Of a stretch of 60,801 bases of DNA, positions 12,276 to 26,413 are shown piece after piece. The number at the start of each line of letters is the position of its first letter. Within the stretch, counting starts at the first letter, position 1. A model generated the notes under the pieces. That model was not told the DNA's origin, ran no database searches, and saw nothing but the letters and a program-made list of their open reading frames with translations. Source of the stretch: Cystobasidiomycetes sp. EMM_F5 (taxonomy: Eukaryota); assembly GCA_051047955.1 (NCBI GenBank), contig JBPGPT010000039.1, positions 62,001-122,801 on the forward strand. Reading direction: 5' to 3'. A program made the position numbers and the translations under genes.

Positions 12276-14165
12276 ATGGGTTTCAGTTTCTTCAAGCGAG
12301 ACGAAGCTCGGGCCACGCCCAAGGATGTCTACAACTGGCGGATGTACGCCAGTGCAGCCATCGCATCGTTCGCGGCACTCATGATTGGTTATGATTCCGG
12401 TAAGATGATTTCCACTGTGTGATAGAGTCCTGAACACTGATACCCTGGTCGTTCCAGCTTTCATTGGCACTTCGATTTCAATTCAGTCTTTCAAGGATGA
12501 ATTCGGCCTCTCCACCTTATCCAGCGCCGACTTTGCCACAACTTCCGCTAACATTGTCAGCACATACCTTTGTGGAGCATTCGTAAGCACGGGCGTGCTC
12601 TCATAACGTTCAGCTGAATACTGACCGTGAGCATTACCAGCTCGGTTGCATCGTGGCATTTCCACTATCCTGGAAGTACGGCCGCAGGATTACGCTCCAG
12701 CTTGCATCTTTTATTGCTGTAGTTGGCGCAGTACTCAACACTTGCGCTACCGGCGCAACAGGCCTCAGTCTGATCTATTCCGGCCGCTGTCTCCTAGGAA
12801 TAGCAGTCGGCATGTCAACAAACGCGACGCCCCTATGTAAGTACACGAGGTCAGCTTAATGAGTCACCCTAATATTGCGTTACAATGACAGACTTGGCCG
12901 AGATTGCTCCGCCGTCCATTCGCGGGGCGCTAATTGGCATGTACGAGGTGAATTGGCAAGTTGGAGGACTGTGAGTACTGCTATCATTTAAACATGCTGC
13001 CCTTCGATTGGGCTCACGATGTGGCCTGCAGTGTTGGATTCTGGATCAATTATGGCATCACTCAGCACATTCCCTACTCCCGACGACAGTGGTTGATACC
13101 CTTTGCGATCCAGCTAGTTCCGGCTGGCATGTTTTTCATCGGCCTTTTCTTCCTCAAGGAATCTCCTCGCTGGCTAATCACTAAAGGTCGCACCGAGGAA
13201 GCAATCAACAATCTTGTATACCTTCGCAAGCTACCTGAAACGAGTGAATATGTCTCTACTGAGATCAGGGAGATGCAAGAGCTCCACGACAGGGATGTCG
13301 CTCTAGTAGGCAATGGCTTCTGGGCGCCTTTCCGCGAGTTTTGGACCAACAAAGCACTTCTGCTTCGTATTTCTATTACCACGACCCTCTTCCTGTGGCA
13401 AAATGCTTCTGGAGTTAATGCAATCAACTACTACTCGCCCACGATCTTCAAGTCTCTCGGTATTGTGGGTCAATCAACTTCCTTGTTTACAACGGGGCTT
13501 TTCGGAGTCGTCAAGACAACGTTCATGGCTATCTGGCTTCTCTTCCTGATTGACCAGGTTGGTCGAAGACGACTTCTCATCTTCGGATCCGTTATGGCAG
13601 CGATTTGTCACTTCTTCATTGGCGCATACGTAAGGCTTATGCTATCAGTCATAGCGAGCCAGACTAATTTTTTTACGTTTGGCAGATTGCAATCGACGCC
13701 CCACAGACTAAAGTGCGGACCGAGCTGCCACCGGCGGGCATTGCCGCTGTCTTCATGTTTTACCTCTACGTTGCGACGTACACCGTTTCTTGGTCTGGCA
13801 CGCCATGGGCAGTCGGATCTGAGGCATTCCCCGGGCATGTTAGAGGCACAGCTCAAATGTGCACGTCGGCCTCAAATTGGTTCTGGACTATCTGGATCAC
13901 TCGCTTCACGCCGCAGATGTTTAATACCATGGGCTTTGGAGTATACATCTTTTTCGCGTCTATGATGGTTCTCTCCATACCGTTTGTATTCTTCCTGGTT
14001 CCAGAGACCAAGAACATCCCCATTGAAGCTATGAACGACTTGTGGACCGGTCCCCACAAAGTCTGGCGCGCAAATTCAGCAGTCATGGCAAGTCTCCGCT
14101 CCAAAGGCGCCTTCGGATCCGAAGATGGTGAAGAAAAAGAGAGCGTGCGTCATGTTGAGGTATAA
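12276..14165 (+). CDS. MFS sugar porter, quinate-permease (QutD/Qa-y)/galacturonate-transporter-like
   Basis: MGFSFFKRDEARATPKDVYNWRMYASAAIASFAALMIGYDS; AEIAPPSIRGALIGMYE; KESPRWL; WQNASGVNAINYYSPTIF; IDQVGRRRLL; VPETKNIPIE. Several short introns. Confidence 0.92.
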
Positions 14166-14473
14166 TTGTTGGGGTTTTAGTCGCGTTAGTAATACAAAAG
14201 ACTATACATGTTCGATGAGCAGCCTTTTAGCGTAACTTAGGGTCTTAGCCCGTATAACTGTCATGCAAGTAATTAGCGCAGAATTTTCAAAGTCTTCCAA
14301 AGTCTTCAAGCCTTTTGATCTCATAAAATAATCCCAAGACTTACTGCAGCAATCTCCGAAATCAGTCAACGCGATGCACCATTACTGCGCGCCAAACGGG
14401 GCGGTGTGCATGCAGTCTTCATCAAGTATATGAATGTCTCATGGCGGGACTTCTACTCGAGGGTTTGACAATG

Positions 14474-16042
14474 TCACTCATTGGCTACATTGACAACTTG
14501 CCCTGTCTTCAGACTTTCGAATACCGCTTCAATTACTAGCACGTCCTTCAGACCTTCGATGGCTGAGCAATTGGGTTCTTGCTCGCCGCGCACTACAGCC
14601 AGGAAATGCTGAAGTTGGAGGGTAAAAGGCGGAACGTCGTCCACAGACTGTAGCAACGAGGTATCTCGTTCCATCGGCACCAACCAATTCTTTTGGTTTT
14701 CGGGCTGTGAGTCGTGATGCCATCGTGTTCTAACGGAGTACACGTGTGTCAGTCGCGAAGTGGATTGTATGTCCAGCACTAGCACGAAGACTCACAAGTG
14801 GGGAATACTAACAGTGCCCCGCGTTCCCATAACGGTATAAGCTGTCTGACCAGTCTTGGGAAGCCACGAATTTTCGCCAGTTGCAAATTCCCAACAGTGC
14901 GGAGAGTCTGCGACGCTATGTTGCCATCAGAAGCGTGTCAGCCTTGCTACCTGGTTGTAATCTTATGCTTCATGACGACCCTTACTCCGAAACGATGAAA
15001 TTGCCCACAGCTCCGCTCACGAATTTAAACGTGATTGCGACTGTCTCTTCCACTGCGAAACCCCGTTCGCGATTGCCTTCAATTGCAAACACGCTTTGGA
15101 TATCTCCAAAAATGTATCTCATGAGGTCGATTTCATGGATAAGATTGGTAAGGATCTGTGAAGTGATGTATACGAGCCGTATATGAGCAGACTTCTACTC
15201 GGTAGAGACGTCCGCAGACGCACAGGTCCTCCGGATCCAGCCTGTTGTCGCCAGGGAATATCGAAATAATTATTCGGCTTGCGTACGGCCCAAACTAACA
15301 TGATATTACCGTGGTAAGTGCGTGTGCTTCTGTTGCAATCTGTCATACCGAAACTTACTGCCAGAGACAGCGACGAGCTGTCCTAAATTACCAGCCTGTA
15401 CTGCTGTGCGAAGAGCCATTGTCTGCGGATGGAAGCGCCTGTGGTGTCCAGTTATGACTTTGGCGGAGCTCTTCTCTACGGCGACCACCAATTGTCGGCC
15501 AGAACTGCTATCGACCGCAAGAGGCTTTTCAACTAGAGCATAGATACCGGCTTCAACGAGCTTTATGCCCAGAGAGATGTGCGTATGGGTCGGTGTGCAA
15601 ACGATCGCAGCGTCGACTATCAGCTTCCCATGTATTCGGTCTCGTAACAGATCGTCAACAGATTCGTAGCACGGAACATTGTGCAGGATTGCAAGTTCCT
15701 TGCTTTGTGGGGCTGGGTCGCTGCAGGAGAAAGCACGTCAGGTTCAGAGAGCTGTGCGAAGGCCCGGAAGCCAAGACGGTATACTGACACGAGTGCAACG
15801 AGTTCTGTAGGCAATCAAAGATCTCCACGTCAGCCATCTCACGCAGTCAGCACCTTTGCATTAATACTGCGCACCTGCTTGCGGTTCGTTCAGGACATGA
15901 GTTAAATGTCTGTCTCCAATCAAGCCCGAAACACCCAAGATGGCCTATACGCAAAGAAAGCCAGATCCACGTCAGGAGCGCAAACGTAAGCTCGCGCATC
16001 AGAAGCACCGCTCACAATCTTGACTGGCAGCTTCAAGGACAT
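14474..16042 (-). CDS. Gfo/Idh/MocA-family NAD(P)-dependent oxidoreductase (QutH-like), multi-exon
   Basis: MSLKLPVKI|AILGVSGLIGDRH Rossmann start; CTPTHTH; LVEKPLAVD; VITGHHRRFHP; WAVRKPNNYFDIPWRQQAGSGGP; NLIHEIDLMRYIFG; PPFTLQLQHFLAVVRGEQEPNCS. Confidence 0.88.
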
Positions 16043-16087
16043 GTTTGCGTTCGATATACTGGCAATGTCAAGCGCGGTGCTTTGACA

Positions 16088-16527
16088 ATGGTGACCGTTC
16101 CGGCGATGGCTCTGGTTGCAGCTACAGCAGTTGCAGCTGTACATGCGTGCTTACCATTAGATGCGCAAAGCCGGTACCTGTATGGCGCTTGGTATGCCGA
16201 ATGCTCTAAACCTGGTCCGGTGCCCCACTTTTGCACTTTTGCCACAAGCGTTGCGGTGACTCCAAGCAAAGCATGCTTTGTGAGATTGTCCGGTAGTGTC
16301 GCAACCTGAGCGAGCACGTTGCGATAATCTGCGTAATCTTCCAGCACGGATCAGCAAACCGCATCGCAATCCTTGACCTTAGCCGTGTTCCATGCAAGGA
16401 TGCGAGCGAGGGCGCCCAAGCGACGAAAGGGATGCGTCTTCACCACTCAGGCCATGTCTACCATCGTAACGTTGAGGTCAAAATCGAGGATCGTCCAAAG
16501 CAGCCCCCAAGCCGCAGTGTGGTATAA
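16088..16527 (+). CDS. Candidate small secreted Cys-containing orphan protein
   Basis: Signal-peptide-like MVTVPAMALVAATAVAAVHA followed by CLPLDAQSRYLYGAWYAECSKPGPVPHFCTFATS...KACF. A GTGAGA...TTCCAG intron leads in-frame to a second exon ending at TAA 16527. Downstream exon structure is uncertain. Confidence 0.4.
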
Positions 16528-16740
16528 CTTGTTTATGTATATCATGTTGCACAGCCCGACTCTCGCAGGCTTTAGACGTACTCGTTCTGCTTAAGCGGTG
16601 AAGTGAATGATTGTCAGGTGTATGGCTCAGCCACGATCTATTCGCATATCGTGCCAATCATTTCCGCAGGTATCAACGGTATTGTCATGACGAGCGAGCG
16701 TTAGCTTCCGCAACTAGTCACTATAAGCGATGGATCTGTG

Positions 16741-17095
16741 AGTTGACCAGGCTTATATTTGATGTACGGAGCAGGATATGTCGCTAGTGTTGCAGCAGTC
16801 AATTCGGTTCCGAGATCCATCGTGAGGCCAGTGTGGCCTGGTAATGAAGGGCCGGCTGCAAGTGAAGCCTCACGAATCAGTCCTATTGGGATACCAGACG
16901 ATATGGCAGCCCTGAATGCATGTTATCAATGCATCGGGTGAGTTGGCAAGCTCGCAAAAGGGCAAAGCTGTTGTCGCAATTCCCCATACAAAAACACGCC
17001 GACAAGACTCAACGTTACTTCGAGACAAGCGCAAAGGAGTGTACAACACACGCTATCACGATGCTTCTTCAATACTCTTTCAGACCCTCGACTGA
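16741..17095 (+). repeat. Diverged direct repeat, copy 2
   Basis: Colinear similarity to 11145-11510. It translates SPIGIPDDMAALNACYQCIG, against SPIGMSDDMAKQHACYERIG in copy 1. Confidence 0.8.
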
Positions 17096-17284
17096 AGAAA
17101 TGCTAAACAGGTACTACGCTCGCGATCTCGTCACCTCCCCTAAGCCTTCTGCAGGTAAGGTTTCGTCGATTGTAGGATTGCGATGTACACTAGGATACGA
17201 CCGGTCTGCTTTTCAATCGAATGACTGCGGTTTCCATCGGAGGACTGCTTTGGCCGCTACGCAAAGCTGCAACGAAGCCACATG

Positions 17285-18453
17285 TCATATACGCTTCCAG
17301 ACCCCTGCAGTAATGGAATAGTAATCATGCGTTGCCGGAGCGTTCGAGTTGGTACCGAAGGTCCTCAATTTTGCCAACGGAGCTAGCGCTTGTATGCATG
17401 CTTCCGGAATCGCATGATGAAGAGAGATTTCGTGAATCGACCACTGAAACATTGATAGAGATGTAAGATCAGGAAGTGCTCCTGCGACCATCTCGCAGGC
17501 AGTATGAGTCAGCTCGCCAGTGAGTACAACTTCGAATTTGTCAAGCGCTACGAGCGCTATCGCTTGTAACAAATTTCCGAGACCTGTCATATCGAGGGCT
17601 GACATCCATGCAAAAGCGGAGAGTGCAATTTGTCCCGTACAAGACTGTTGTGAGACGTTAGCAGACGGAGCTTTCCGGTACACTGACAACGCACCTCGAG
17701 CGATTCTTGGATGCGGAACAGGAGGATGCCAGACTGAGCAGTTGCGATCTCGCCGCTCAGCCTTAAGGTCCGCAAATGACGCCATATTGTGGCAGGGAAG
17801 ACTATGGAAGCGCCTACATTAGACTGATAACGGCCCGCGCCGACGTTGAGACATTCGAGTGAGGGAAAGCAGCCAAGATCAAGAAAGAATGGTCTGGAAC
17901 CGGTCACGAGGGACAGGCTCGTGATGGCTCGTGCGGGGAAGGAGGCCGCAGTGAACGTAAAGTCGCCTTGTAAGGCAAGATGGCGAAGTCCCGCCACCTC
18001 GGAAATTGCCTTCATTGTCGACTGCCAACATTTAGCAGCCGTGGTGGTGGACCACGTTATTGACTGCAGTTTCGGCAATGCCCTTATGGCTCTCCCAACT
18101 AGCTCATCATAATCGCCCGGTACCGATGCGATCTTGAGGTTGCGACAGTATTTGACTGCCGGATGTGAGGTTGTGTACAGACTATCTACTCGTTTCAGCA
18201 AGCCGAAGTTTAGCGGGTCTAGTATAGCCACACTAGACCAGAGGTACGGCGCGGCTGCATAGTAAAACATCCGATTGGTCTGCGAAATTGCCAGGAGGGT
18301 TCGTTTCCGCTCACGCAGTGTCAAGTCTTCCATACCGTTGATGATACTGCATATGCGGATCGTAATGTCCAAAGGTGGGTCAACGATATATCCCTGATTA
18401 GCAGTGTCTCCGACGTCAGAGTCTACATGCCGAACTTCTTCAGAAGTTGGCAT
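17285..18453 (-). CDS. F-box/LRR-like orphan protein (similar architecture to 9767-11089)
   Basis: PPLDITIRICSII...TLLAISQTNRMFYYAAAPYLWS, HPAVKYCRNL (compare HPYTKYCHTL in the other gene), LPKLQSI, FPSLECL, LAKLRTF. One intron near 17650-17700; the 3' end is uncertain. Confidence 0.65.
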
Positions 18454-18801
18454 GCGATGACCAGCAAACAACCGCAGAGTCCACGTCCAGCCTGTATGGG
18501 CATTGGACGAAATTGATCTACGACTTTGCGTCTTGATTACGGCTGTAGACGAGAGGCTTGTGAAACCCATGCTGCGATGATATGAAAGTATGAATAGCTT
18601 ATCACAGCGGCGGTGTAGGCAGCGAAACGAAGAGCTGTCACATCATTGCTTGCCAAGAGCAAGCTCAGATTCGACTTGTCGCTCCGAGAGTCGTTGTACT
18701 GTAAGCCACTACCGTGATTCGGAGCATGTTATACTGTTCATCCTGACACGTTTTGCCGGGCACGTACGCCGAGTATAGACATGCAGAGAATAGTGAGCGT
18801 A

Positions 18802-19987
18802 TCAAGAGCGTTGTTTTGAGTTGGCTGAAAGATTTAATAAATGTCCTTTGGCCAGCGCATCACGCGCAGCTTGGTTGATGTGCTTGAAGCGGTCGGATCC
18901 TAGGTGAATCCCGCCGTACCACCTCGTCACGATAACAAGGACATTGTGCAGATCCAGTACTTGTAAGAGATGCGCTAGTCGTGAGCCAGCTGCACTTTCG
19001 CCCTAAATACTCGGTAATTGTCAGCTGAAGAAGGGGAACCAGCCTCAGGCCGGCAAGCTTACATCGTCGTCATTGTCCTGGTAGATCACACCGTTGTCGC
19101 CCTTACACCGATAAGCTAGCATGGCTGGATGAGCGGCTCTCGCCTAAACTTTCCACGCATGCTCTCAGCATTGGAAGCAAACTCGTTGGCTGACTTACGA
19201 TTTTCCTGTCCTGCAATAGCCACGCAGTTACGCTGTGCACCTGTTCGGGCTTATCGATTTGACAGGCATGCCCGATAAAGACACTCTTACGGTCAACGAT
19301 GGCTTCGCTGCTGTATACGGTGCATCCCGGCGGAAGCTCAATGCGGGTCGTCCTGACTTCTATCGAGCCTGAATCGGGTTGGTGCGAGGTCATATGTTCA
19401 TTTGCAGCATCGACGAAAGCCGAATGAGGATTGCTCAGCTCCTTCGCTGCGAGCTCATCACTCTTCATATCGAAGAACCTTTCGCATGATTCGCGAATGC
19501 TCTCCACGCCATCAAAGATGGCTACGTCTCCAGCTTGCCAGGTATCTTCGTGCATATAAGTGCGGGTCACTTGTCCAAAGAGGTCTGAGTCAATAGCAAA
19601 GTCGCCAATGTACTAGAGCGAGATCGTGAATTAGACGATGTACATACATCTTCTTTCTCGGACTCACTTTACCCAGCAGCTGGATCTGTGGAGGAGTAGT
19701 CGTAGGATATGAGTGGGGCAGCCGTATATTCAAGGCTATGCCAACATGTTCGTGACTTGGCAGAGATGTATTCAATTGCAGCTGGATCCTGTAAGCATAT
19801 TCAATGTGACATCAGGAAGTTGGCTTCGAATGAGCGTTAGAAACCGCGCTCACCCGCTCGAGCCTGCTCTGACACCATTGCTCTGCTTGATGGACACTGC
19901 TACGTCCCCGTAAATGGATTTCAATGCCCGCAGCTCATCGGCTACTTGAGGATTGTCGACGTCCAGCGTCTCGAGCAAATCCTGCAT
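18802..19987 (-). CDS. YIH1: IMPACT/Yih1 homolog (RWD domain plus UPF0029 domain; GCN1-binding GCN2 regulator)
   Basis: ADELRALKSIYG; LPHSYPTTTPP (RWD); SSEAIVDRKSVFIGHA; QDNDDD|GESAAGSRLAHLL; VIVTRWYGGIHLGSDRFKHIN. Confidence 0.92.
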
Positions 19988-20181
19988 GATCTGCTTGATG
20001 AAACGGGAACCATTAGATGCACCGCATCATGGTCATCCGTCGCAGTGTCGACGTGATAAAAGACTTGTTGCGCTTCGGCGTGGTGGAAAGACGAAATTCG
20101 AACTGGATAGACGTGATAATGACAACAAAGATACTGCCAACACTGATCATTTCGGATTCCAAGTTACCCCCACAAGCCCCT

Positions 20182-23094
<2,913 letters not shown>

Positions 23095-23661
23095 CTAGTC
23101 TAGAGACTTATGCAAATCAAACACATCGAAGAGACACGGCAGATCAGACATTGTCAATGTGCTTGGTAAACGAACGTCCATCTTTGACTTGCACTGAGTG
23201 CGTTTATGTGTATATATGAAAAGAGGCTGTATAAAACGAAAAGTAGAAGAACAACTATTGATGGGATATCTTTAGCATTTATGCAGACAAAATCGGTGTA
23301 AGGGTTAGGGGAATACTAGTAGACGAGGATAACGAGGTATAATGTATGTATATATGTATAGGGGATACGAGTGTAGTTTTTGTTGAAAAAATCGAAAGGA
23401 ACGATGACTTTGTATATGCGTATTAAGAGTCTGTAATGAGATTTCCAAAATGGTAAAGGGAAGTTTGCCAGTGACGCTGGGAGAAAGAAGTGTCATGGGC
23501 ATCCCAATATTCTTTCCTTTCCTTGCCCGCTCCGGTACTGCTTCTCCCTACATCTGCAACTTGCAAGTAGAAGATGAAGAGAAATGGTTTGCTCGCACAC
23601 ACGCTTCTCCAGTCGAATCCTTCCCGCCGACTCTTTCAGTGGGCGCTAGACCTCGCACCCT

Positions 23662-24933
23662 TTACGCCTCCGACATTGACAGAGGTGCAGTGACGCTCTT
23701 TTGGCGGTAGGCGATGACTCCAATGATGATGAGGGCAAACGAGAAGATGATGACTGGATGTGATAAATCAATAGTCAGCATTAGTGTGTAGCGGGTGTGA
23801 CAGAGAGAACGACGACTCGGTAGAGGGCAGGGAGAAGGGAGGAGTTAGAGCATGCTCCGAGGTGAGATAGCATCTCTCAAAGGAGATATGCAGCCAGCTA
23901 AGGGCCACTACGAGTGAATGAGACTAGCTCTATTCCTCATGGACTCGCCACGCTCGTTACTCCTCACTCGTCACTCTTCACTCGCCTGCCGACTTTGTCG
24001 CCGTGCTCGTTGGTCGACTCACAGTTGATCCAACTAAACGCCTCGAGCGCCAAGAGCTGATGGCAATGAGCAAACGCTGGGTTGTTGCACGAGAAGACAC
24101 CACCCTGAGCCGTCTCGAGGGAAGCAGCACTAGCGAGCCAAAAGACCCAAGTGACGAGTACAAACACAAATGTTCCACCGACCGATGCGATGATGGAGGA
24201 GGAGAGGAAGAGGGTGATGCCGATCCATGCTCCTCCGATGATGAGTTGCCAGAGCGAGACGAAGAGCGAGTAGCTGGGTGTGCGTGGTGATAGTGTAAGT
24301 AGGGTGCGAGATGAAGAGAGTAAAGTGAGAGATGGACCTACCCGACAGTCGTCTTCAAGTGCGTGCTTGGTGCTCCGTCGCTGTTCTGTGTATGGGGCCA
24401 TGTCAGTCTTGGCAGTCTTGGGGTGCAAGGGGAGTGGAGAGAAGGATGGGGGTAGTAAAGAGAGCAAGAGGGAAGAGTACGAGGGAGTGATGGAGAAACA
24501 GTGACTAAAAGATGAAGGCTTGAGGGAGCGGCGACCAGGGAAGAGTGCCACCCGATAATGTTGTTCCCAATACCCGACGTGCAAAGAACACACGTAGGAT
24601 GATTGCACACTCGCACACTCCGCCCATGCTCCCACTGTACTCTGCACAGTTTGTGCCATCTCATCCACACTGCTCCTCACCTGCCATAAAAGGCACTCTT
24701 TGCTCTTGCACGGGAAGAGGGAGGGAGAGAGAGAGAAAAGACCCCAGTAGACTCACATACGACCGCACGAGGATTGCCGATATAATCATTGTGATGAATG
24801 CAATGAGCCATGCGAGACCGAGGACGCCCGTCCAGCTGTACTGGATACGGGTAAATCAGACGAGGGCGGCGCATCAGTCCTTGGAACCCAGCGAGGGAGT
24901 AACAAGGCAGCCCACCTTTACGAGTTGGACCAT
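23662..24933 (-). CDS. MARVEL-domain four-TM protein (NCE102-like), five exons with unusually long introns
   Basis: Spliced product: MVQLVK|YSWTGVLGLAWLIAFITMIISAILVRSY|NSDGAPSTHLKTTV|YSLFVSLWQLIIGG...TWVFWLASAASLETAQGGVFSCNNPAFAHCHQLLALEAFSWIN|...IIFSFALIIIGVIAYRQKSVTAPLSMSEA*. The 'C..L.A.EAF.W' MARVEL signature is present. Confidence 0.8.
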
Positions 24934-25302
24934 GGTGAGGGTGTGTTGGTAGCAGTGTCGATGTCGAGTGTCGATGGTTGTCTTGAGTGGTTGAAAGAGA
25001 ACGGCCCTCTCTTGAATTTCCAAACCTCGTTGTTTCGTTTTCCTCCGACTTTCCCAGTTGAGCCTCCCTCGACCTGCTTCCGGCCACCCTTTAGGCAGGC
25101 AGCGTCATATGGGGCGATCGGAGTGGCGGACAGAAAGACAACAAACACAACATGGGGAGGAATGCAAGTTTAATCAAGGGTTATTAGTTGATTACATAGT
25201 TGCAAGCGGTGTTGATGTTGATTCATGTAGAGGATTGTATTGGGATCTAATCAACAGTTCATTTCATGATAATCCCCCATCGACCAGCTAGAGTGTGCAC
25301 TA

Positions 25303-25330
25303 GTACTCTCACAACCGTACTCTCACAACC
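25303..25330. repeat. Perfect 14-bp tandem duplication (GTACTCTCACAACC x2)
   Basis: Read directly from the sequence. Confidence 0.9.
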
Positions 25331-26413
25331 AATCAAGAGGGTACTGTTGCATACTATTCACTGTGTTCTGATTGCAGTAAATGCACATTGCATACTACAA
25401 CTCCGACGACTCTGCACACCCTACAATAAATGCACCTGACCTCCACCGAGTGTAGACGTATCAGACTGGCAGCAGTATGAGTTGCGAGTAAAGAATACAT
25501 TAGTATTGTTGATACGCTCTTACACATCAATGCTCATTGCTCATTAGCCGGTAGCCAACCTCTGCTCGTCGCCCTCTTCGCCTCCACCCTCGCAATCGAC
25601 ATTTTGGCGACCATTTATTGCAGTCATTACTACTCTTTCCCTCCACCCACGACTCCAGCAAGGCCACCCAGTCCAGTCTCGCAGCTCCACACTCTGCATC
25701 GACGGTGCAGACTGCCGCTATCGTCTGCGGCTACCCCAGCTGCGCACGGTGAGTGCGGTGCCAGTGCCCAATTGGAACGAGCGAGCGAGGGTCGAGATCC
25801 ATTCAATAACCAACGACAGACTGACAGCCGCCCTCTCACTCTACACACAGGCCTGCATAGTCGATTCACTACATCCACCTCGCCCAGCCTGTCTGAGCGT
25901 CGTCTGATCCGAGCGTCGCCGTGCTCGGTAAGCCATTGCAATTAGTATCACCCTCCAACGGGACACACGTACAACGCTCGAAATCACATACACAGCCGTG
26001 TCGACATTGACAAGTCTCAGTACGACTGTATCCCGTGTCTGCGTCCTTCTTCAGCCGTCATTGTGCACCCAATCTCACCCTCCACGCACTTCACATCGCC
26101 CTCGTTCGATCAGAGCATTCAGAGTCGAAACGCGAGTGCATCACTGACATTGTTGCTCTGTCTATATCGTATAGGTGTAGTTTCGAGTCTGGCTGCGTCT
26201 AGACTCGGCTGGTCGTAGGATACTCGGATAGCGGCACCGCTCAGTCTCCGTCCTCGTCCTCGAAGACCGTTCCGTCGTCCACTCACCCGCCGACCGACCG
26301 ACGGCAAACGCGCGCATATACAACACTCCCTTACTATTACTACAGGGATCTTTAGGCCTCCCTCCCACTCAAACAAGGCATTAGTGGCCGTATAGTCGAT
26401 TCGACCGGCGACC

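Noticed and set aside
17013..17040. YFETSAKE resembling the Rab G5 motif
   Set aside because: No G1-G4 motifs lie nearby, and the homologous repeat copy reads YFEHNAEK, so this is likely coincidence.
23301..23310. AGGGTTAGGG (minus strand CCCTAACCCT) as a telomerase RNA template or interstitial telomere
   Set aside because: A 10-nt match to any permutation of the repeat is expected roughly once by chance in 60 kb. No pseudoknot or other supporting structure was seen.
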